In this document: in pieces, positions 1 to 15,126 of the stretch
How positions within the stretch are numbered: position 1 is the first letter of the stretch
Layout: the number at the start of each line of letters is the position of its first letter
Assembly: GCF_009914755.1 (NCBI RefSeq)
Contig: NC_060945.1
Direction: 5' to 3' (one strand)
DNA from: the human T2T-CHM13v2.0 reference genome, Homo sapiens
Length of the DNA stretch: 64,000 bases
Made by a program: the position numbers and the translations under genes
The notes under the pieces: generated by a model
Told to the model about the DNA's origin: nothing
Databases searched by the model: none
The model's input: the letters and a program-made list of their open reading frames with translations, nothing else

Positions 1-74
1 TTCGTCATGTTTATTTCTTGATAGTTTTACTTTGTTTTTGGTGGTAAAGTATATGCAACAAAAGGGAAACTATA

Positions 75-404
<330 letters not shown>

Positions 405-688
405 CTATGTCATTTTATCATTACATGACTAGCATGTTTCCCTAATAAAAATACGGTTTTGTTACATAACCACAGTCAGTATTACATAATATCAAGTATT
501 ATACACTCCCAATTCATTTTTCCTCATCAGCTCAAAAGTGGCTAGCTTTTAAACAATTGAATTAATTAAATCAAGATCCTTCTCTTGCTCACATGCAGTT
601 GTTACATCTCTTGAGTGTTTCTTAATGCAGAGCTAGCCCTCCTCCTTTCTCCCATGTATTTGACTTGGCTTTTTAAAGAAACCAGGTA

Positions 689-1034
689 TGATGTTCCCCC
701 TCCTGTGTCCATGTGTTCTCATTGTTCAATTCCCATCTATGAGTGAGAACATGCGGTGTTTGGTTTTTTGTCCTTGCGATAGTTTACTGAGAATGATGAT
801 TTCCAATTTCATCCATGTCCCTACAAAGGACATGAACTCATCATTTTTTATGGCTGCATAGTATTCCATGGTGTATATGTGCCACGTTTTCTTAATCCAG
901 TCTATCATTGTTGGACATTTGGGTTGGTTCCAAGTCTTTGCTATTGTGAATAGTGCCGCAATAAACATACGTGTGCATGTGTCTTTATAGCAGCATATGT
1001 ACCCTAAAACTTAAAGTATAATAATAATAAAAAA
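689..1034. mobile_element. Short 5'-inverted young L1 (L1PA2/3-like) insertion
   Basis: 689-996 is antisense L1 ORF2 end and 3'UTR; 997-1034 is the sense L1 3' terminus with poly(A); 14-bp TSD aaagaaaccaggta at 675-688 and 1035-1048. Confidence 0.92.
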
Positions 1035-1069
1035 AAAGAAACCAGGTAGTTACCATGCTGAATTTGCTT

Positions 1070-1965
1070 GTCCATGTCATCATTTAACTTGTTCCGTTAT
1101 TGCCATAGGCATTTTTCTTATGAACTGGAATTTATTTCAGTGGGTTGGTTAGATAAGTGTTCAACCTCTCTCTCTTTGAGAGGGGTGCTGTGCACTTCAC
1201 ATTGCTTCCACAAAATGTATGGTTTTCCCGTTCTTAGTGACACTCAATTGTTCAGTGAGGTCAGATGTTAAAATTTATCTGAGCTATTTTGCTAAGGTTG
1301 AAAATGGAATTTTCTAATTGTGTCATTTCGTTCGCATTCAGTAGATATAATTATTCTGCAGAATGAACTTTCCCTTCTGAACTAAGGTTATTTGGTTATC
1401 TTAAAATACAGCAGCTATAGGAAAGACAATACATTTAGTGGTTGTTGTCTTTAATCATCTGTTATCAGAATGAAGAGTTAGTGCCCTGGTTTCTACTATG
1501 CAGACCAATAAGATTCTTCTTTCTTTCTTTATATGAAATATATATGCAGGTGTGCATATGTAAGTATATATGTACATATGTGTATATATCTATATATACA
1601 CACACATGTATGTATAAAATTAAAATGAACTCAAAGGTTTTCAAAATATTTAATGGTTATCAATCATGTGCAAGCATCACTGCTGATACTCAATTCATCC
1701 CCTTTGGCTGACGAGAGCCGCTTTATGTTGATTCCTATGTCATTTTGACAAGACCCCATTCATGTTTCAGACTCACCTCAGACATTTCCTGCCTCAGACC
1801 TTCAATCAGCCACTCCTCCAAGAAGCCATGGTCCCTTTTAGTAGTGAATTATATTTAAAAGAATCTACAATCTAGATGTTAGAGGGGCTTGTTGCTATTG
1901 TTTGCTCATCACTTCTGGGACTTCTCAGTGGAAAGACTGAAAATTCATACTTTTTTTTTGAAGTG
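1070..1965 (-). mobile_element. Old L1 (L1ME/L1MC-like) 3' fragment with an internal (TA/TG)n tract
   Basis: Degenerate similarity to old L1 3' UTR (e.g. cttcaatcagccactcctccaagaagccatggtcccttttagtag); boundaries approximate. Confidence 0.5.
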
Positions 1966-1981
1966 TGTACCAATAGTTTTT

Positions 1982-2292
1982 TGTGTTCTTTTTTTTTTTT
2001 TTTTTTGAGATGGAAGTTCACTCTTGTCACCAGGCTGGAGTGCAATGGTGCCATCTTGGCTCACTGCAACCTCTGCCTCCTGAGTTCAAGCAATTCTCCT
2101 GCCTCAGCCTCCTGAGTAGCTGGGATTACAGGCACCCACCACTATACCTGGGTAATTTTTGTATTTTTAGTAGAGATGGGGTTTCATCATGTTAGCCAGG
2201 CTGGTCTTGAACTCCTGACCTCAAGTGGTCTGCCTGCCTCGGTCTCCCAAAGTGCTGAGATTACAGGTGTGAGCCACCACGCATACCACAAA
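1982..2292 (-). mobile_element. Alu (AluSq/Sp-like)
   Basis: Poly-T followed by antisense Alu; TSD taccaatagttt on both sides. Confidence 0.93.
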
Positions 2293-2352
2293 TACCAATA
2301 GTTTCTATTGGAATTTGACATTTCAAGGATTTTATGCATTTTTTAAAATTTA

Positions 2353-3423
<1,071 letters not shown>

Positions 3424-3424
3424 G

Positions 3425-3489
3425 TGTATATATATATATATATACACACACAGTAGTATATATACATATATATATATACACACACTAGT

Positions 3490-3520
<31 letters not shown>

Positions 3521-3539
3521 CATACATATATATACACAC
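3425..3539. repeat. (TA)n/(CA)n compound microsatellite next to the L1 tail
   Basis: Seen directly. Confidence 0.9.
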
Positions 3540-3825
3540 TAAGGCACATCTGTTCTCTTAGAGCTTAGGATAAAAAGTACATATGTAAAGTATTTAGAAA
3601 TAATTATTTCAGTTGTATAAATGCCTTACATTTTTGTTATATTTCAAGAATTTCTATAAATTTTCAAGAATTATAAAAGAATTTCATACTTTTATTTTTC
3701 TCTTATACTGAAAATAAAAATAAAAATAACATAAACATAATCACTTTTCACTTATCCCACTATATATGCTACTATAAATAAAAATGAGTATCTATAATAT
3801 ATAATATATAAACAAATATATTTAA

Positions 3826-4338
3826 TGTGATGATTAATATTGAGTGTCAACTTAATTGGATTGAAGGATGCAAAGTATTGTTCCTGGGTGTGTCTGTGAG
3901 GGTGTCACCAAAGGAGATTAACATTTGAGTCAGTGAACTGGGAGAGGCAGACCCACCCTCAATCTGGGTGGGCACCATTAATCAACTGCCAGTATGGCTA
4001 GGATAAAAGCAGGCAGAGGAACATGGAAAGACTAGACTGGCTTAGTCCTCCAGCCTACATCTTTCTCCCGTGCTGGATGCTTCCTGCCCTTGAGCATCAG
4101 ACTCCAAGTTCTTCAACTTTTAGACGCTTGGACCTTCGACCACAGACTGAAGGGTGCACTGTTGGCTTCCCTACTTTGAAGGTTTTGGGAATTAGACTGA
4201 CTTTCTTTCTCCTCAGCTTGCAGACGGCCTATTGTGGGACTTTACCTTGTGATCACGTGAGTCATTACTCCTTAATAAACTCTACTTTATATATACATCT
4301 ATCCTATTAATTCTGTCCCCCTAAAGAACCCTAATACA
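3826..4338 (+). mobile_element. MLT2A-type solo LTR (ERVL)
   Basis: Starts tgtgatgattaatattgagtgtcaac and ends ctaataca; characteristic ggagaggcagacccaccctcaatctgggtgggcacc. Confidence 0.88.
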
Positions 4339-7300
4339 TATATAGAGACTAGACTCCAATTTTTACCTTCTAGACACTACTAACCTTTCAGAAGAGTTGC
4401 TCATCTTCTCGGAGTTTCAGCAATCTCCTCTAAAACTGTCCCTACTGAAAAGGCAGTCCTCAATACCAAACTCACTTCTTGTGGCTGTTTTCCTCTGGAA
4501 TTTGGTCCTGTAAGTTTTCACTCTAGCTCCTAACAGCCATGAGCAGATGTTTTTTACACATTTAACAAGTCTTTCTAGTTATCCTCAGAGAAAGAATGAC
4601 TTGTCCAAATAACTAGCCCTAGCACAGAAATCAAGACCATTTTAAAAAATATTAGGTCAGTTTGTCTATTTTACTGACTTTTTTTTTAAAGAAAAAACTT
4701 GTTTATTACATTTACTGTTCTTTTGGTCTATTTTCTATTTCATTAGTCTGTTTATATTCTCCCTTAGAAGTAACTTGAACTTATTTTCTGGCTGTCTAAA
4801 TGATATTTTTCTTTATCTTTACAGCTCAAAAATTTTATTAGACTATGTTGCATGTTGACCATTCTGGGTCCATTTTTCCAGGTAGGGTTGTGCCATTTTA
4901 ATATGTAGTCATTATGCATTCTTTTTAATGACAGGAGACTTTTTTTGAATTAGTGTTTTATTATTAATACTTATTCTCATCAATTGCTTGGCTTTCTTTT
5001 TAAGAGAATTTAGTTATACATGTGTTTCATCATCTTTGTCAGACATCTATACATTTTTAACTCTATTTGTCTTATTCCTTAATATTTTTGATTTCCCATA
5101 TTATGCTTTCTGTTGTGTTTATCCTCTGATGTGTTCCCTGTCATTTCATTTTAATTTTAGAACTCTTCATTTTTCTAACTTTTTCCAAAATATGCCACTT
5201 TTTGTTTCACAGATTTGTGTTGTTTCATCATTTTATTTCTGATTTATACTGCTCTTTCAAAGCTTTAATCATTTCAAACAAAAAAATATAGTTTTCATAT
5301 GATTTGTCAGTATTTTTTGTAGTTACTTATAATCAAAACTTTTTTAAAAATTTTCATTCTTTTTCTTGTGATAAAGTTGTGTTGGGTTAAATCTTTTTCC
5401 TTTTTGTTTCATTTTACAATAAGATAGAGATTCTTAGTTAATTAGGAGAAGGTTCCTGCAGGAGAGGATGAAATGAGTATATTTTTCCAGTCTTCTCCCT
5501 TGATATTACCTTCAAGGACTCGACATTTAGCCCATCTCTCAGAGCTATATGGGATTGAACTGTATGGGCTTCCACTTCTGGCCATGTGTTTCCTAGAACA
5601 CTGTTTTTTACATTCTAAGGCTGTGCGTGTTGTATTTTCTTTTGCAGTATTTCATAGGATGGAATTCTCTAGGGCCTCCCCTGGTTCCCGAGCCTTCTCT
5701 GTTACTCTTTGTATTCTACTCTGGCTCAATTTGATTTCTAAATTGAGCCGTTCCCCTGAGAGTGAGTCTCTGTTCTTCTGAAAGGAGTACTTGCTGAGTA
5801 CTTCCACTATCTTCAAGGACATAGACCATCACTGGCCTGTGCAAACATTACCAGCCACTCTAATGGCCTTGTGACTCATCTCCAACCTAGACCTCATGCA
5901 GTTCTATCCCAGTGTTGTGAGGACTCTAAGACACAAAGAATTCTCCTCTGCTTTTGGAGATGGGGACCCGTTGGTTATTTGCAGTTTTCTGACACTACCA
6001 TAAACCCAACAGGCTGACCCCTTCTACTGCCTTCCACCTCTGCTGCTGGTCCTGTTGTTGCCAGTAATCCAGTTGTGTTGAAGGTGCCATCCATGTACTT
6101 TTTTCTTTGTCATCCTATTTTATCTGTGTTGGTTTCAGGAGGAGTTTGGGGTCAAACACCAACATGTTTCCACCATGACCCAAACTCCAGATGTACATTT
6201 TTCAGTATATTTAAATCTAATTTAAAATGAAATTAATTTCTCTTTTCCTTCAAAGCTTGACATGTTAGAAATGCATTCTGTATTCAGTGTCTACAGTCTC
6301 ATCTTTTAGCATTAACAAATTTCTTCCTCAACTGCTTTATTAAAATTTCAATGACAAAAAATATTGAGTTATTTTCCACATATGGTAGACTCTCATATGA
6401 GCCTTTTTGTGGCATGTGACTCTGTGGACCCCTCCCTTCTCCTGGCATCTATCACCTCCCTGTCTTCATCTATACTGTTAGTCCTGAATGCTCAGTCTTA
6501 TTCCTTGGCTACTTTTCGGCAGGTGGCTTAGTGTATGATATTCCCTGGCTGGATTATACATTGTTGCTCTCACTTTTCCAATGCTCACTAGGCAATCCTA
6601 GGACTCCCATGGTGACAAAATGCTTGTGACTACTTCTGTCCATTTTTGAAACATTAGTGAATCACTCCAAAACAAAAAATGAACAAACATCGTGGGATTA
6701 AGGAAAGTAAACTTGCCTTTCCAACCCTGAGAGATACATTTAAAAATCAACACTTGATGATTCAGCATGAAGATAAAAAAGGTCACCTGAAACAGAAAGA
6801 CGGGCTCTTAGATCATCACCACTTATGTCATCATTTGGAGGGAGAAATGCTTATTTACTAATTTTGCGAATCCCAAATTAATTTTATATCAGGATCCCCC
6901 TCCTACCTCGAATCCTTCCCCTTTCTTTTCTGAACATGCCATTAGAAAATTTCTCTTTAACACAAAGAGGACGTTTTCTAGGATTTTCTGAATAAGCAGA
7001 ATATTGTGCTCTCCTTAAAGCTATCATGGACTAAGATGATAGTTATTATTCATTTTCTAATTCATTTTTCCCCCAAAAGACATGATAACTATAAAAGCAA
7101 GGGAGAAAATAGCAATTGACTTGTAAAAGAACAGATAAAGAAACAAAAATACTTGCAAGTTCAAAGGAAAACTAATTTAATTCTGACTTGTATTTGTGCT
7201 GGACCTTGAAAGACTATTGGCTATTTTGAAGATGTAAGTGATGAAGAGAAAAATCCCAACAGTACATTATCAAGGACAAAAAGTGGGTGCTCAGGCAGTG

Positions 7301-7787
7301 ATGTTTTAAATTATTCCAATGTTCAACAAGTTCCCTTCACTTCTTCCCATAAAGCATTATTACAAATAAGGTACTTCTCAAATATTGATAGCAAGCAACC
7401 TTTGGTCACTTCCATCTCACTATTACAACCTTATAGGATATTTACCACAGGGGGGCAATTTTATATTCTTCAGCTACAAAGGCAAAGGTTGGGTATTTTG
7501 TATTTGGTTTTATAATCAAATCAAATGCAATTTGACTGCATTTGAGATGGATATTTGGGATGGAGATGGATCTTTCACTCCTAATGTGCTCCCTGAAATG
7601 CTAACGCATCATTATGTGAATGTGTCAATTACTGGTTTGACAAATGTGAAATCTGTATTTCTATGAAATTGTACTCATATTCATTTAAAAGAGTTTTAAA
7701 ATTCCTAAAATATTTTGGAAAAGGAATTGAAGGCTCCATTTTAGTGGCAACACTCCACAATTTTGATTGAGTCGTCTCAGGACACTA

Positions 7788-8158
<371 letters not shown>

Positions 8159-9350
8159 AATTAAGGGTCCAAGCTGTTTTAATTTTTTGACTAGCCTACA
8201 TTAAGGGTTTTTAGTCCTTATGCTATACAATAAATATATACTTAGCAAATCTAACCTCATAAACTTTTTTTTAGATCATGCATTTATCTTACAGCAACGA
8301 AGTTGTCATATAATTGGTATATACCGAACACAGAAGATTTTCTTGGATCATTACATTTCCCTTAGAATGTGACAAATTAAGGGAATATTAACTTTTTGTT
8401 GCACATCTCTAGCTTATGAAAGTATAAACTTTTGCCTCAGTTTAAAATGTTTCAATAAAAGCACAAAAATATTAGACTACAAAGCAATAAAATATTCTAC
8501 AAACTTCCCCTAAAAAGGCTGTCTTATTTCCTCACATTAATAACCAATATTTATCACTATATTCTATGACACATATCAATTCTTCCCAGATTCAGTGTTT
8601 TAGAATACTCTGTTATTTCTTAATCACTAATTTTTAAAGGGACTGTTCAAATCACTAACAATAACAATTTTCACCTCAAGAAAAAAAATTCATGATCAGT
8701 CATTCCCCATTATGTCAGCACAAAACAATGTCCTATCTGTAACCTCTAATTTTTACCGGTAAAGCTTCAGTTGAACAGAAAGGGCCAACATTGAGATCAA
8801 ATATCAGTGTTAGTTTAAGAGGGCAAAAATGTTTTTTTCCCTTTGAAAATGTAACTTTTAAAGATATTTTTCGCTGTTCAATTTTAATTGGCTGATAAAA
8901 CAAGTTGGAGCATAAAGGTAAAATGTAAATGATCATCGTAAGTGGATTCTATAATTTCCCTAAGATAATAAAATTTCTGGTCTTTTACTTTAAAAAAAAA
9001 AAAAAAGTAGAGCTGAGAGTGCCTCATTGCACCTTCCCGGTGGGTAACTCAGTACACCTCCTGCCACCGTTAGACTCTTCTATGGGCTATTTCTGCATGT
9101 GATGTGATTCCACTAGAAAGAATGTGATTTTTATCTTTGAAAAAAGACTAAAATGCCAAATAATCAACTTTTATTGCTTATTTTTCTCAGGTTCAGTTGA
9201 AACATCCTTTAGTTTATTTCAGTCAGAATTTCCAGGAGTCTTAGCTTCATTGCTTTTGAGCTTTACATATTTAAATTGTAAAGATAATTTCTTGGTCATT
9301 TTCTGCAGTAACTACACATCATGCATAGGTCAGTTTCTCAGATAAATTAA

Positions 9351-9694
<344 letters not shown>

Positions 9695-10529
9695 TGAATT
9701 ATCATGAGTTAGGAGTAATTCCAAAGAACACAGATGTGAAAAAGATCATAAAATAACAGAGCAAATACTGACCTTGTATAAGCTTTTCAAAGGAGCGCAA
9801 ATTAATTATTAAAGGTAGTATAAAATATCTTTAAAGTAATATCTATATTAACTTTCCAAACAATTCCAGTTAGACATTTAGTTTAAAATATGCCATAAAT
9901 AATGCTAGCTATTAGAGAAGCTGAAAAATCTCCTAATGCTGTATATTCCAGATAATTTTGCTTTATTATTCCCCAAAATGAAAGCAACTAAAAATACCTT
10001 TTACCACTTGTCATGTGTCATCACACACCAGCCTTTCTTATGATACACATTGTGTATAATGGAAACATTATTTCTCTTTCAATATATTTTGCATACTTAC
10101 ATAATGCTTTAATAATCAGTTCCTTTAAAGTACAGTTTGATAGACAGAAAGGAAAGTCAAAAAAAAAAAAAGATGATGTATGTAATTCCTGTCACCTTCT
10201 TAGCGTGGAGTATTTTCATTAGAATTGATAGGCCATGAGTGGTGGCAAAATACAAGTGGGAAGGATTTTGTGTGCCATTTTCCAGAAAGGTTGAGAAATG
10301 CACACAGATAGCAGCAGCCTGCATTATTACTGATTCCAGAGAGGGCTCTATTCTCTAGGAACATTTTGTTCTTGTAATATCTAACATTTTTTTCGTTTAC
10401 CCACTTACGTTAAATAAGGCTTTAGGGCGTATCATTTCAGAAGAACTTGAACCTTTGATTGTCTTAAGCATTTTTTGAGATGTTTACAGGAATGAAGGAG
10501 TTGACATTAACTGAGTTTCTGTGCGTAAA

Positions 10530-10659
10530 CCCATTTAAGCCTAGCGTTTCATTATTGGAACGCTAAGCATGTGGCAATTATTTATTTCCTGCTGCTCAAG
10601 GTCATTGCCAAGGTCTGATTGCAAAAATTTAAAAAATTGCAACCTCAGGCATAAATGGG
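10530..10659. mobile_element. MER85 non-autonomous piggyBac element (PGBD3 family)
   Basis: TIRs cccatttaagcct ... aggcataaatggg; flanks taaa / ttaa; internal palindrome gtttcattattggaac. Confidence 0.9.
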
Positions 10660-12499
10660 TTAATTTGACCTCCTTTGTCTAGTCCTTCATTTCTCAATTT
10701 ATCTCATCTTGAAATTGATCAACATTTTAAAACATAAAATAAGGTTGAAAAGTAGGATCTTTTAATTATGAGAGGAACAGGTAAGTCCAGGGTCCTTGGG
10801 TACAGTCTCAACTCAGGAGTCCTGTGGAACTATCAAGGGACAACAAGGACACAGCTAAGTCATTAGAGCACCAAATATGTCAGCCCTGTGGTAACAAGGA
10901 ATCATTTTAACTGCTCCCTAACTTGCCACTGTACCCCACTTGCTACCTTATGCCACCAAAGGTTTCCATGTCATATGGATTAAATGGTTTGTTCATGTCC
11001 TTCAATGGGATTAATGGATGTGCTTCTGTTAAAATAGGCAAATGTTTAAATACAATTTATTGGCAGCAAAAAGTGCAAACACACAATTCTGTCTCATTCT
11101 GTCTCCCTTTGTGTGTCTTTCTGTTTTATTTTCCTTGGAATACTATTAGCATTTTAACCGGACACAGTTCTAAAACATAGTTCATACTTTTTGTCATGTT
11201 AGACACACTGCAATTTAGAGCCTACTGAACAGGGAATGATTTTTGGATTTTGAGTCATCATTTTGGACATCGATTATTGAGCCATGCTGCTCAGTTACCA
11301 GAGGGATGTCTCAGAAGCTATGTGGCATCTCAAGATGCATGGAATGGTCCCAGACTGCCAGATGTTCAAGTCTCTGAGCTTGTCTTTATTAGCTTTTCTG
11401 CTTCCTCCTTTACTATCCAGCTGTTATATGTTACTTCCCTTTGTTATCAGTATCTTTGTCAACACACAGTGTGATGCATTCAGTATGCTGAGAGTTAGAA
11501 AACAGACATATCAAGGCTTTTAGGACTTTGTATAAACTAAGAGTAAATAGGTTATGAGCAAGTAACATAGTGGTTTTCCAACATCAGTTAACATGAGCTT
11601 ACATGTTAGTGCCACTAAAATAAATCCAGCGCTTGGTGTCAGTTCAGTCAGCCTGGTTAAGATTAGCATAGGGGCCAGTGGGATATTTCTATGTAGGGAC
11701 ACAAAACTACCAAAGAAAATGGGGCATTAGCCCAGTAGGAAAATGTTGCAGAAACCCTCAGATTTGGAGTTCTACAGCCACGTTCTTCCCATTGTCACGG
11801 AGCTGAGCCGCAAAAAACACTCATAGAGCAGTGGGTTCTGAAACTCAGGCACAACACCATTTTGGGTTTTCTTCAAAGGCAGATATTAAAATAGCAGCAG
11901 TTCTAGAAATCTATTTTGCTGAACTATGGGTTGTTAATGCTGAAAGTCAGATCTTTAAGATCTGAGCCGCAGAAAGCAGGCATGCATGATCTCCAGAAAG
12001 AGGCACATCAGAGTTGATTCTAGAAACCAGCAGGTGTTATAGGTGGTCAGGAAACAGAGCCAAGTGATGCACCCATTCGTTGGACCAGCACTGTCCTAGG
12101 CTCCAGAAATGCAAAAAGGAGAGAGACAGCCCCTATCTCTAGGGAGCTTATAATCTAAACAGATTTGAGCCTTTGGGTTTAGGAACATCCCAAGAAGTTG
12201 AGGAAAAAGGATAGAAGGGAAGAACCTGGAGAGCAATCAAGGAAGTGGCATTGTCCTTGTCTCCCTGGGATGAAGGGGCTACTGATACCCAGGGAGGAAA
12301 ACTGGTATTTATCCCCATACCTGCTTTTATCCTTGTGTGTTATTCTAATACAAATACTTAATTTTATATGTTAAAGTCCTCATCATTAATGTGCTTGTTC
12401 AATCTTCTCAGCTAACTTTTTCTTGTTCTTATGAAGAATCAAATTAAAAGATTTTCCCTGGTTTGAGGTGCAATAAGCTCATCCACTTTGAGAGATTTC

Positions 12500-12715
12500 T
12501 CAGTGTGGAAGAAAAAACCTGGGCTTTGGAAGCCAGTGGATCTGAACTACAAAACGGTCCTTGTCCCTTTCCAGCTGTGTGGCCTCAGTCTAGTCATTTA
12601 ACTCTAAACTTTGCTTTCTTCATCTAGAAAAAAGAGAGATGATGAGTAATCTCTTTGTTCTGCTGTTGAAGATCAAATTAAAATGCATTTATGTCATCTA
12701 GCAGATAGTCATGCA
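12500..12715 (+). mobile_element. MIR fragment
   Basis: Core-like ccagctgtgtggcctcagtctagtcatttaactctaaactttgctttcttcatct. Confidence 0.6.
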
Positions 12716-12717
12716 TC

Positions 12718-12968
12718 TACTGCACAGCAGAGTGACTAAGCTGAATAATAATGTATTCTATATTTCAAAATAGCTCAGAGAGTAAATTTCAAATCACAAA
12801 AAAAGGGATAAGTGAGGTGGTAGATATGTTCATCATCTTGATGTAATCATTTCACATCGTGTATACACATAGGTGTGTATATATAGACACATACAAAATC
12901 AACACATTGTACCCAATAAATGTATATAACTTTTCAATTGAAAAAAATATTAATAAATAAAAAATTAA
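12718..12968 (+). mobile_element. L1MA-type 3' end
   Basis: aataatgtattctatatttcaaaatagct ... aacacattgtacccaataaatgtatataac followed by an A-rich tail. Confidence 0.75.
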
Positions 12969-13354
12969 ATTGGTATCTATCCTAGTAAATGCCATGTTTG
13001 TTATTCTGCTGTTCTGGACAATCCACAGGTGTATAAAATGTAGCCTTTGTGAGCCAGACAGGGAAGATCCCACTGACATAAACATAGCAGGGCCCCCTTT
13101 CAATTGCTTGTTTGCTTACTTATGAAAGGCAACCGCATATATTAAAGAAAGCATCTGAGTGGTAATGATGTAGATGAATTTTACATCATAATTCTGCCAT
13201 TTGGAGCTATTTCACCACAGGCAAAATATTTACTAAACCTCTGAGCCAATGTCACATGACAGAGCATTGGTAAACATAGAAAGATATACTGAGTCCATGG
13301 AGTATTTTTGTATACCCCAGTGAAAGGCTTGGGGAAAGGAGGATCACAGACATC

Positions 13355-13690
13355 TGCTATGAACTGAATGTTTGCATCTGCACAAAATTTATATGATGAA
13401 TTCTTAATCCCCAATATGACAGTATTTGGAAATAAAGCTTTTGGGAAGTAATTAGGTATAGGTGTGATTATAAGGGTGGGACCAGACCTCACTTTCTCTT
13501 TCCGCCCTGTGGGATCGCAGTGAGAAGGCGGCTGTCTGCAATCCAGGAAGGGAGCCCCCATCAGGCACCAAATCTGCCAATACCTTGATCTTGGACTTCC
13601 CAGCCTCCAGAACAGTGAGAGATAAATTTTTGTGGTTTAAGCCTCCCAGTCCATGCTATTTTGTGATAGTAGCCCAAGCTGACCAAGATA
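13355..13690 (+). mobile_element. MLT1A-type MaLR solo LTR
   Basis: tgctatgaactgaatgtttg start; ccttgatcttggacttcccagcctccagaac core. Confidence 0.85.
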
Positions 13691-13849
13691 TTATCTTCAG
13701 AAGTCTTTTCCACAGTAGAAATGGATATTCACAGAAACTCAGGGACTTTCCCCAAAATCATTATCATGTTACTTGAACAATTCTCCCTGGCATATCTGTT
13801 AGTATCTGAGTATAAAAAAAATATCCTGAAGTTCTCAAAATTAATCATT

Positions 13850-14500
13850 TCTTGTCCATCATATTTTATCTAACAGGAAGGCCCTCTGCTTCTACCTCCA
13901 AAATATATCCTGAATCCATCCACTTTCCTCCCTCAACACTGTACCACACACATCTAAGGATTGTAGCTTTCAAACTCTCTGTGTCCACTTCTGCTTCCCT
14001 ACAATTTAATCTCTATTCAACATGCATGAGCATTTAGCAATATACATCATTTAGTGCCTTGATGGAATCCCACTAGACCTAACCACTTATGATGGTCTAT
14101 GATAGTTTGGGCTTTGGCCATATCTCCAAAAGCTTCCACTCCACTCTCTCCTTCTTCCACCATACCCAGGCCATGCTGTACTTCTTTTAATTGCTCTGAC
14201 TGGAGGCTCTGAGCCCAGATCTCTCCCTGGATGGGTCCTTCTTGTCATCCTGGCCTCAGTTTTTAAGTCAAATTTCCAGCAAAGTCACATGATCATGGTC
14301 ATTCATGATGAGAGACTTGGTTTTATTATACCTGTATGTGACGTTATCTTGTACATGTGCATGAGATTGGTTTAACATTTCCCTCCTTCATCTAGAATAG
14401 CAAGAACTCATTTTGTCTTGTTCAACATTTCATCTCCATTACATAGAACAGTACTTGGCTATGACATCCTAAAATATTTGTTGAATGCATGCATGGGTGG
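13850..14500. mobile_element. L2 fragment(s)
   Basis: ttctacctccaaaatatatcctgaatccatccacttt and L2 3' end aaatatttgttgaatg; boundaries approximate. Confidence 0.65.
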
Positions 14501-15126
14501 ATGAAACAGTCTATTATTGCTTGTATTCAAAACATCCTTTCCTAGGTCTCAGTAAAAAGAAAGCTAAAGTACCTTTTTTTAGATTTCGGCACATTTCCTC
14601 ATGTAGACTGCATAAAAAGAGTTTGTTCTCCTCCAGAGATGAATATATTCTTATATGAAAATGAGCATATTTTAAGATTGTGATGAATTATTCTTTCATT
14701 ATGCTCCCTGGCTTTTTACTGTGTGGTTAAGCTGTTAGATCTTCAGTAAAGGCAATACTATTTGGGGGAAGATTTTAAAAGCATATGTCATTTTTCACTT
14801 AGAGAAATATATCTTAGAGCTCTTGTTGTTGTGTTTTTCCTATTGCAGTCTATATGAATTGAGTTAATAGCAATTGAAAGAAGAGATGGCTCTGCTAATA
14901 AGATGTTAAATGGTAGCACAAGCACGATGAAGCTTTTCTCAGCTGCGCCTGCCGTCGCCAATTGATGGCCACACTGTGTCATGAAACTCAGCTTTCTTCA
15001 AAGCCGTTTCAATAACAGTTTCTGAAATATTAGAGGAACATAAGAATTAAATCTAAGTTCTAAGTATATAGCATTAGAAACCACATGATCCTCTTAGCAT
15101 TAACTAAAATAGAAGTGGAAATAGAA

